Shown in pieces: positions 39,601 to 50,015 of a DNA stretch of 64,000 bases. Source of the stretch: Blasia pusilla (lineage: Eukaryota); assembly GCA_050084515.1 (NCBI GenBank), contig CM114271.1, positions 48,980,001-49,044,000 on the forward strand, given 5' to 3'. A model generated the notes under the pieces. It was not told the DNA's origin. It saw only the letters and a list, made by a program, of their open reading frames with translations, and ran no database searches. Every line of letters begins with the position of its first letter. Within the stretch, counting starts at the first letter, position 1. The position numbers and the translations under genes were made by a program.

Positions 39601-40473
39601 CACACCATCGAGCGTGGTTCTGGGTACTACACATGGAGATCCAATTTTGCAATTGGCTGTAGGGGAGCAGACAAGTTTTGTTGTCCGAGACGGGGTTGCA
39701 CCATAGCAACCACCGACACCCGCACTAGAGAGTCCTACTGTAGTCACAATGGAGACTTGGGAGCCAAATATGGGCCCTAAGTTGACAAGAGGAGAGCGGC
39801 GTCAGATACACCAGTTCCTTAGGAGTTATAGGAGCTATTTTGCATTTAGTATGCATGATTTGTGTACGTTGAAGGGTCCAAGGATCCGCATTGAGTTTTC
39901 GAGTGACATATCGATGCCCGTCAAGAAGGATGTGATTGATGGATAGGCGGATGTGTGGAGATTACCGACGTATCAATTAGCAGACGAAGTCTGATGGGTA
40001 TGCCATGCCTATTCCTAAGGAGATCTTTGATGCTATTGGGAATGCAAAGGTCTTCAGTTCGTTAGATCTTCGAGCTGGATATAATCAACTGCCTATCAGA
40101 TTGGAGGACATGCAGAAGACAACATTTTGGGGCATCGATCCTTACAAGAAGGATTGCTTATACGAATGGCGGTTGTTACCATTTGGGTTAAAGAACGCCC
40201 GGGCTGAGTTTCAGAGGGTCATGATAGGATCTTGGCAAGTCTAGAGTTTGCTAGATGTTATATTGATGACATTGTAGTCTTTAGCGTCATGGTTGAGGAG
40301 CATGGGCGACATCTAGAGGAGGTATTTTGACGATTGCAGTTACATGGGCTGAAGCTACATCCAGGCAAGTGCAAGTTCTTCTACAACCAGATTGAGTACT
40401 TGGGTCATACGATATACCGAGGTGACCTTGGTGTGCAGTAGATAAAGGTAGAGGCTATTTCACACATTCCACG

Positions 40474-41231
40474 TGTCGTGCGCATACACATCGCTACACA
40501 ACATACATCGCTGTAACCGAACACACACACAAACATGCACGATCCCATGCTAACTCATGGCATCCAAACACAGAGACGAGAATTACCAAAATATCTCCAA
40601 TATAGTAAGATCCAATCTCTCTCTATACCATCTCACACCATAGCTCTCAAAGGTGTGCACTCTCTTTCATGTCAAACCAAACCCACTCTCCTAATGAGAG
40701 GCTTGGCTTACATTCACAAGGCAAGGGACTGTAGCTCCGCCATCTCATGCCAAGAGGTTCAACAAAGAAAGAATGAGCTCTCAAGCTCTCTCTCCTTTAG
40801 GTATACCCCTCCCCTCTCCCAAGCTCTCTCCATGGTAACCTATTCTCCCAAGTCACCTCCTTGGCTCTTGACCTGATGTAGGAGGTCAAGGGCCACTTAC
40901 CAAAAATACAATGGTGATCACATACTCAAATGGTACTTACCTAAAATAGTAAGTTTCTCAATATGACTCCAAATGAGCCGAACGTGCTCTCTCAGGTTTC
41001 CCGGGGCCTGAACAGGTCATCCTCAACCTACTGAGGCTCTCCTCCACTACTCACGAAGGCGCTCTACTAGATCTCACCGATCTATCCTAAAAGACGTGAC
41101 AGTTGTCGTGCACATACATATCGCTACACAACATATATCACTGTCACCGCACACACACACAAACACGCACGATCCCATGCTAACTCATGGCATCCAAACA
41201 CAGATGCGAGAAGTACCAAAATATCTCCAAT
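40474..41231 (-). repeat. 3' terminal beta1-alpha2-beta2 block of copy D (beta1 41231-41104, alpha2 41101-40602, beta2 40601-40474)
   Basis: Two ~128-bp direct repeats flank a ~500-bp segment that is repeated at 46366-46868. The beta1/alpha2 junction reads GACA-AC-TGTCAC; a G-tract precedes beta1. Confidence 0.92.
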
Positions 41232-44200
41232 CGTCCCCCTAGCTAGTGGTTAGGTCCCTCTAACTCCAGATAGCCATTTATCCCTATCTACCACGACATA
41301 CATCTCTAGAATGCTAAGAGTAGAAAGGCCGGGTGCTCATGTGGCCCCATCGTTAGTCGCCTTCATGTCATCCATGTCACAGAAATAGTCGGAATCGAAA
41401 CTTGCCTAGTATCTCCTCTATGTACATCAGGGACACATCCATCGTCCTCGAGGAACCTTAGTGAGAGGTGGCGTCAGACATGCCATATGCCAACCTCTTG
41501 AACATCCATCATAGACTAACATCGTGGCGCACCACAAGCAGAACCACACAACATACAACGCAAGCGTGCAGGAACTACTGGTGAGCTCGGATCTACTGTA
41601 CAATCAATGTTAGGAAGGTGACATGGCACACAATTACGCATATGGTCCTTCCATACCATACCATCGCGTCCCTCTAGCAAGAGAACATCGGATGGCCAAA
41701 CGTCACGCACTCTGAGGATAGTGCGCACTTCAGTCACATCCAACATCTTCGGTGCCGTCTGCTACAAGTAGGCATAATGTCCTTGATGAAACCTCCGGAT
41801 AGTTGGTCGATAACCACCACCCCGAATAGTTGCATACCTCAACGTATCCCAATGTTGCGCAATCGCCAAGTTCTCAAATGCCATGGGCATCACTCTCTGA
41901 AACAACTCCGCCCTCTGAGAACATGCTCGCATCCATACATCTCGATTATCAAGGTCCAACACCTCATCAGCATCCCGACGAATGGCCGTAGATAAATCTG
42001 GCTCTCGGCCATAAAGTAACAAGTACGGTGAAAAAGACGCTAAGGATGCTTGCCTGCTGAATCTGTATCCCATCGCCAACCATGGCAACTGGAGGTCCCA
42101 ATCTCCTATGTGACCTCTCTACAAGCCATACTTGCGTAAACCCCTCTTCATCGTATGCACAAATCTCTCCGCTAATCCATCTGCCTCGGGATGATCTCGC
42201 AAAGTCGTGCGGTGGTCGATCAACGCTTGATCACACAAGGCCTAGAACTCACTGCGAAACTCGATACCCTACTCTGTCAACACCTCAGCCGGTGCACCAT
42301 AATGACTCAGCACTCTATCAAGGAAGGCATAAGCTACTCCCTCACTCGCTTTGTCAGGAAATGCAACCAACTCGATCCACTTCAAGACTTGCTCGACCAT
42401 CACCAACACATAACAATGTGACGCTCCGTCAAAGGCAAAGGTCGGGCAGTCGTGGAGTCAGAGCATTGAATGATGCTTGGACCCGATCACACACCATGCA
42501 TCTGGCAACAAACTGCTGAACGTCAGTCTGCATGCCTCGCCAGCAATACTGAATCTAGAGCAAGTTGTACGTCCGCTTCACCCCAAAGTGATCTAACTCC
42601 TCGTGGGCATGCTACACAACTCATGCTCTCTGTAAAGGATGCGGCACTATGCGTACTCTACCATCCTCCCAAACCCTGAAAATATGTGTTCCCTCCCAAC
42701 GGAATCGTCTTGCCCGCTGTAGGATCCGATCCCGCTCTCTGGCACCCACGGTGCTCGCAACGCTACCAGTACGAAGGTACTCCAAGACTACTCCATCATC
42801 ATGAATATCTCGGCCACCTATGGTCTCCTCACTGGCCTCGGGATCCAAGGACTCTCCAGTAGACCTCGCCATCGAAGTCTCCACACTCTGGCTTTCCATA
42901 GCCAACATGCCTAAATAGGCTGACGCGTGCCATCCTGGCACTGACTCCTCATCACTCTCTCCATGCCATCGAGCTCTAGTCGCATCTCGCTGACTCGGGC
43001 ATGGGTTACAACTCAACCCATCTGCATCCTGGTTGAGCGTCCCAAGTCTATGTACCACCTCAAAATCATACTCCTGCAACAATGGAGCCCATCTCGCAAG
43101 CTTCCCTGTAAGCTTGTTGGACTCCATCAACCATTGAAGTGGTTGATGATCAGTGATGATTGTAAAGGGGTTACTGAATAAGTAACACCTGAAATGTGTG
43201 ACAGCCCACAGTGCAGCCAATCACTCACCCTCATACGAGCTATACTTCGCCTCTACACCATTGTTCGAGTGGCTAGCGTAAGCCACCACGAACTCTCTAC
43301 ACTCATCATCATGCTGGGTGAGCACCGCTCCAAGGCCCAACATGCTCCAATCTGTGTGCAACTGGAAAGGACGTCCCCTGATCGATCTCCTCAAGATGGG
43401 CGCAGACGTCAACTTGTCCTTGAGCAATTGAAATGCTCAAGGACAAGTTGTGATCCACTTATGATCCACCTTGGTCAGCAAGGTCAGCGGCTTCACAATC
43501 GAATTGAATCCCTTGACGTACCGCCGATAGAAGTTCGCCAATCCCATGAATGCGCAAACACGACTCACATCTATGGGGCGTGGAATGCATGAGATAGCCT
43601 CTACCTTTGTCTGCTGAACACCAAGGCCCCCTGGGTATATCGTATGACCCAAGTACTCAATCTGGTCGTAGAAGAACTTGCACTTGCGTGGATGTAGCTT
43701 CGGCCCATGTAATTGCAATCGTCGAAATACTTCTTCTAGATGTCGCTCATGCTCCTCAACCGTGGCGCTAAAGACTACGATGTCATTAATATAACACTTA
43801 TCAAAATCCAGACCAACCAAGATCCTATCCATGACACTCTGAAAATCAGCCGGGGCATTCTTTAACCCAAATGGTAACAACCGCCACTGATACAAATAAT
43901 CCTTCCCGTGAGGATAGATGCCCCAAAATGCCATCTTCTGCCTGTCCTCCAATCTGATAGGCAACTGATGGTATCCGGCTTGCAAATCCATGAATTGAAG
44001 ACCTTTGCGTGACCAATCGCATCAAAGATCTCCTCAAGGGTGGGCATGGCATACCTATCGGACTTCGTCTGCCGATTGATAGGTCGGTAATCCCCACACA
44101 TCCGTCTATCCGTCTAGTTGCCATGCACATCCTTCTTGGTAGGCATGACAGTGGCAGATGCATACTCCCCATGCGACATCTCCACTAGTCTTGCTCCAAC

Positions 44201-44789
44201 CAAGTCCTGGCTCCTACTGTGAATCAGAGCCCTCTCCATATCACTGTACCTGTAGGGTCGTCGGAAGATCGGCGTATCACTCGACAACTCAATGCGGATC
44301 CCCGGTCCCTTCAGCGTACCCAAATACTCCATGCTAAACACAAAGCAACTCCTATAATTCCTGAGGAATTGATGTATTCGGCGCCGCTCTCCTCTTGTCA
44401 ACTTAGGGCCCATATCTCGCTCCCAAGTCTCCATCGTGACTATGGTAGGACTCTCCGGTGGGGATATCGATGGTTGCTATGGTGCAACCCTGTCTCGAAC
44501 AACAACACTCGGCCGCTCTCCTACAGCAAAATGCAAACTCTGATCTTCTCCTTGTGTAGTGCTCGGAACCACGCACGATGCTGTGGCTATCATCTCCTGA
44601 CGTACTTGCAAAAAATCCTAAGAAGTCCAAGGGTGTCTCTCTTGATCTCCCCTGGTGTGTAGATCTCCTCGGGTCTCGCCCCCAGCCATTGCCTCCATTG
44701 TCTTGGTAGGCATGGGGCTCACCAACGCAACCGCTGTGATCTGTTGCGATCTCATCCGATGCTGCTCAGCCACTCCCAAGCTGAAGATC

Positions 44790-45740
44790 CATCTCAAACA
44801 GTTCAGGTCCATTGCCTCACCTAAGACATGGCGTCGTGAGGCCTCTAATACAGACGGTACTGCCGTCACTCCTATGGGAAATCCCATCGTCCGCTCTCTC
44901 TGGTCGGCGTTGGGCTCCACCAACCTCTGAAACTAGTCATCCCAAACCAAGCAAGGACCGGCCTCCTTGTATGCATAGGAAGCGGGAAAACTCACAAACG
45001 TGGGAAAGGTTGCCCGCGGCCTGCCTACCCTTTTGACCACAGTCAACGGTGGTTGATCATCGTGCCACATTGCATGTGAGCGATGATTTGGATCCAGAAT
45101 GGAATCCACTAACAAATGGGATGGGCACTCCACTCTCGCATGCGCCCTCCGTAACACCATATGGGGCACCAAGTTGGTCCACCATAGACGCGGGCGATGG
45201 GTTCTAGAACCTACACTCGCCGCATCCAAGAACACTGCTGGGCCAATCCAGGCACGCACCTGATGAGCACTCGTCACCACCCGTGATCTGGAGTCTCCTA
45301 AGATTGGCACATTCTCCAGAATGTAGGCTAGAGAACGAGAATGGTGCTGCTGCAATTGCCGTAAGATCCTCAACATCTCCCAAAACAACGTGGATCGAGT
45401 GTCAAACAACCCGCTGCCTCGTTTAGCACTCGGTTGGCCTTGATATGGCCAACCGGCAATGACCAAATCAATGGTGCCTAACCGCTCTAAGTCGTGCGCC
45501 CCCAACAACAAAATATCCCTCGGTAGGGAACTCTGGTACCCCTGTACTGCGGACGTAGACCATAAGTCGGGAAAACGTAGGCGTAATTGCGCCACATGTC
45601 ATAGTAGATACGCCTCGCAACATCAACACTCTCTACATATAGGTACTGCTGCACTCGCACTCCTGCCTGCGAAACAACAGCTAACCCGGTGCTAACCCTT
45701 CCAAAGAGATCCAACACTCGAATACCCTCCTCCGGGATAC
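44790..45740 (-). pseudogene. DNMT3-like domain of copy D (catalytic PC mutated to PY)
   Basis: IRVLDLFGRVSTG, DLVIAGWPYQG, YILENVP, SRTHRPRLWWTNL, RERTMGFP, RRHVLGEAMDL. Confidence 0.92.
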
Positions 45741-46365
45741 ACCACACAATGGGTCTTTGGTGAGTCTCGGAGGTAGAGCTTTTAGTCCGCAGCGCGTCTT
45801 GTTGGATTCAGGAGCGCAACCCCTAATGTTGGGGAAAGCGTCATTCATAGGATTGGGCTTGACGAGAGCCAATGTGGAGCGTTGTCCATTCCGGACACAG
45901 ACATCCTTGGGTGGAATGAGAACCACATAGTATATCACCCGACAGGAGGTCGTGGTGAGGATTCGCCTGGGACATCCTACAGATAAGTCCGTGGTGCGAG
46001 CCAAGGCGATAGTGACTGAAGAGTCCTACGACGTCTTGGTTGGTGGAGCACTATTATACCCAATGGGGTTTTCCTTGGATTACTGGGAGGAGTCAGCGTC
46101 CTACAGACCAAGATGGCAGTCAGGTGATGGGCGCCTTAGTTCATTATCCGTTCGATTCACATGTGCAGTGATCGAGCGACGGCTAGGAGAGATGGCGACC
46201 TTAGCAGCATTTAGCGGTGCCATTACTTGGCCTAGTGATTTGATTGAAGGACATGTCCATGCAGAGGATACTCCCGTTCTTGACATTTCTATGGAGAGGA
46301 GTGTTATGGTAGCCGCATCATTCCGTGGAGGAGAGGTGCCGTGGTGGGGCACCTCTCCTCTTTGT

Positions 46366-46868
46366 AAAGTAAGATCCAATCTCTCTCTACACCATAGCTC
46401 TCAAAGGTGTGCACTCTCTCTCATGTCAAAACAAACCCACTCTCCTAATGAGAGGCTTGGTTTACACTCACAAGGCAAGGGACCATAGCTCCGCCGCCTC
46501 ATGCCAAGAGGTTCAACAACGAGAGAATGAGCTTTCAAGCTCTCTCTCCTTTAGGTATACCCCTCCCCTCTCCCAAGCTCTCTCCATTGTAACCTATTCT
46601 CCCAAGTCACCTCCTTGGCTCTTAACATGATGTAGGAGGTCAAGGGCCACTTACCAAAAATAGAATGGTGATCACATACTCAAAATGGTAATGACCTAAA
46701 ATAGTTAGTTGCTCAATATGGCTCCAAATGAGCCGAAACGAAGGGGAAACCTGCTCTCTCATGTTTCTCGGGGCCTCAAAAGGTCATTCTCAACCTACTG
46801 AGGCTGTCTTCCACTACTCACGAAGGCGCTCTACTAGATCTCACCGATCTATACTAAAAGACGTGACA
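46366..46868 (-). repeat. 5' terminal alpha1 repeat of copy D (not followed by beta)
   Basis: High identity to 40602-41101. It continues into ACAAAGAG (start of the self-complementary PBS) rather than ATTGGAGATATT. Confidence 0.9.
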
Positions 46869-49242
46869 CATGCCCTATAGATGTGAGTCGAGTTCGTGCA
46901 TTCATGGGATTAGCAAACTTCTATCGACGGTACGCCAAGGGTTTCAGCTCGATTGCGGCGCCGCTGACCTTGCTGACCAAGGTGGATTAGGAGTGGCACT
47001 AGGGGGATGAGAAGGAGAGAGCATTTTAGATGCTCAAGGAAAGATTGACATCCGCGCCCATATTGAGGATACCGATCAGGGGCCATCCTTTCCAGTTGCA
47101 TATCGATTGGAGCATGTTGGAGCTTGGAGTTGTGCTCACCGAGCATGACGATGATGGTAGAGAGTTCGTGGTGGCTTACGCTAGTCACTCAAAAAATGCT
47201 GTAGAGGCAAAGTATAGCTCGTATGAGGGTGAGTGCTTGGCTAAAGTGTGGGTTGTCGCACATTTTAGATGTCATCTATTCGGCAATCCCTTTACCGTCA
47301 TTACTCATCATTAGCCACTTAAGTGGTTGATGGAGTCTGAAAAGCTTACAGGGAAGCTTGCGAGGTGGGCTCTTTTGTTGTAGGAGTATAACTTCTCGGT
47401 GGTGCATAGACTTGGGACGCTCAACCAAGATGTAAATGGTTTGAGCCGTAATCCATGCCCGAGTCAGCGAGATGTGACTGGAGCTCGTTGGCATAGTGAG
47501 AGTGATGAGGAGTTGGTGCCCAGATGGGATGCGTGAGCCTATTTGGGCTTGTAGGCTATGGAGAGCCAGATTTCTGAGACTTCGATGGCGAGGTCTGATG
47601 GAGAGTCCTTAGATCCAGAGGCCGGTGAGGAGACAACAGGTAGTCCTAGACATTCACGACGATGGAGTGGTCTTGGAGTACCTGCGTACTGGCAGCATCG
47701 CGAGTACAATGGGTGCTAGAGAGCAAGATCGGATCCTACAGCGAGCCAGACGGTTCCAGTGGGAGGGGACACATGTATTGCAAGTATAGGAGGATGGTAG
47801 AGTGCGTGTAGTGCCTCATCCTTTGTAGAGAGCACGTTTGGTGCGTCATGCCCATGAGGAGTTGGGTCATTTTGGAGTGAAGCGGACTTACAGTTTGCTC
47901 TAGATTTAGTATTGGTGGCAAGGCATGCAGACTGAAGTTCAGTAGTTTGTTGCCAGGTGCATGGTGTGTGATCAAGTTCGAGCATCATTCAATGCTCCAA
48001 CTCCACAGTTGCATCCACTTCCAATCATGGATTTAGGTTATAGATGGAGTTTGGATTTTGCAAGACCTTTGTCTTTGACAGAGCGCCATAGTCGCTATGT
48101 GTTGGTGATGGTTAAGCAATTCTCGAAGTGGATAGAGTTGGTTGCATTGCTTGACAAAGCAAGTTAGGGAGTAGCGTATGCCTTCCTTGATCGGGTTTTG
48201 AATCATTACGGCGCACTAGATGAGGTGTTGACAGACCAGGATACACAGTTCCATGAGAGTTTCATGCCGTGTATGATCAGACACTGATTCATCATCGCAC
48301 TACTTCGCGAGATCATCTAGAGGCAGATGGACTAGTGGAGCGGGTTGTGCAAATGGTGAAGAGAGGACTACGCAAGTATGGCTTGTAGAGAGGTCACCTA
48401 GGAGATTGGTACCTCCAATTTCCGTGGTTGGCGATGGGATAGAGATTCAGCAAGCAGGCATCCTTAGCGTCTTTCTCACTATACTTGCTTTTGTATGGCC
48501 GAGAGCCAGATTTACCTATGGCCATTCATCGAGATGTTGGTGAGGTGTTGAACCTTGATAACCTTGATGTATGGATGAGAGCATGTTCTCAGAGGGCTGA
48601 GTTGTTTTGGAGAGTAATGCCCATGGCGTTTGAGAACTTGGCGATTGCGCAACATTGGGATACATTGAGGTATGCGACTATTCAGAGGTTTTATTAGGAA
48701 GACTATGTCTACTTGCAGCACACGACATCCATGACCTTGGATGTCACTGTAGGGCGCACCACCTTGAGAGTGCGTGAGGTTTTGCCATCGGGTGTTCTCT
48801 TATTGGAGGGACGCAATGGTATGGTTTGGAAGGACCATGTGCGTAACTATGCGCCATGTCATCTTCCAAACATTGACAATATAGTTGATCCGAGCTTAGC
48901 AATAGTTCCTACTGGCTTGCGATGTATGTTGTGTGGTTTTGCGCGTGGTGCAGCCACTATACGAGTTTGTGATGGATGTTTGAGAGGATGGTATATGGCA
49001 TGTTTGACGCCACCTCTCACTAGGGTTCCTCAAGGACGATGGATGTGTCCCAAATGTACATAGCATAGGTAGTTCTTCATTCTAACTTGTGTCTGTGATA
49101 TGGATGACAAGAAGGCAACTAACAATGGGGCCACATGAGCACCCGACCTTCTTGCTCTTAACGTCCGAGAGATGTATGTCATGGTAGGTAGAGATAGATG
49201 GCTATCTGGAGTTAGAGGGATCTAACCACCAACTAGGGGGTG

Positions 49243-50015
49243 ATTAAAGATATTTTAGTACTTCTTGTCTCGTTGTTTGGATGCCATAAGTTAGCACGGG
49301 ATCGTGCGTGTTTGTGTGTATGTTTGATGACAACGATGTATGTTGTGTAGCGATGTGTATGCGTACGACACCTCTCATATCTTTTAGAATAGATCGGTGA
49401 GATCTAGTAGAGCGCCTTCTCGAGTAGTGGAGGACAAGCTTAGGGGGTCGAGGATGACTTGTTGAGGCCCCGGGAAACCTGAGAGAGCAGGTTTCCCTTT
49501 TGTTTCGGCTCATTTGGAGTCATATTGAGGAACTTACTATTTTAGGTAAGTGTCATTTTGAGTATATGGTCAACTTTGTATTTTTGGTAAGTGTCCCTTG
49601 ACCTCCTACATCAGGTCAAGAGCCAAGGAGGTGACTTGGGAGCATATGTTACCATGGAGAGAGCTTGGGAGAGGAGAGGGGTATACCTCAAGGAGAGAGA
49701 GCTTGAGAGCTCATCCTCTCTTTGTTGAACCACTTGGCACGAGGCGGCGGAGCTATGGTCCCTTGCCTTGTGAGTGTAACCCAAGCCTCTCATTACGAGA
49801 GTGGGTTTGGTTTGACATTGAGAGAGACATGTGAGAGTGCACACATGTGAGAACTATGGTGTTGTGAGAGAGATTGGATATTCTTTTATTGGAGATATGT
49901 TGGTACTTCTTGTCTCGTTGTTTGGATGCCATAAGTTAGCATGAGATCGTGCGTGTTTGTGTTTGTGTTCGGTGATAGCGATGTATGTTGTGTAGCGATG
50001 TGTATGCGCACTATA
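49243..50015 (+). repeat. 3' terminal beta1-alpha2-beta2 block of copy E (49243-49370, 49373-49887, 49888-50015)
   Basis: Same organisation and sequence family as 40474-41231. Junction GACA-CC-TCTCATATC (decayed TGTCACGTC); AGGGGG at 49235-49240. Confidence 0.9.

Larger units (their letters stand above)
40474..46868 (-). mobile_element. Copy D: both ends intact, 4-bp TSD; gag deleted, protease segment inverted; DNMT-RT-RH-INT-PHD retained as pseudogene
   Basis: Ends TGTCACGTC (46868) and GCACGACA (40474). Flanks are CACG (40470-40473) and CATG (46869-46872); removing the insert restores ATTCCACGCCCTATAGATGTGAG, as seen uninterrupted in copy C at ~26149. Confidence 0.95.
37690..50015 (+). mobile_element. 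Copy E: 5'-truncated element of the same family, DNMT largely deleted, interrupted by copy D; ends beta-alpha-beta
   Basis: Degenerate knuckle (CDYFQRYGHSRARCF, ~37701), PR VLLDSGA at 38715, RT 39950-40473 continuing at 46873 into RH/INT, PHD 48923-49060, terminal repeats 49243-50015. Confidence 0.9.
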
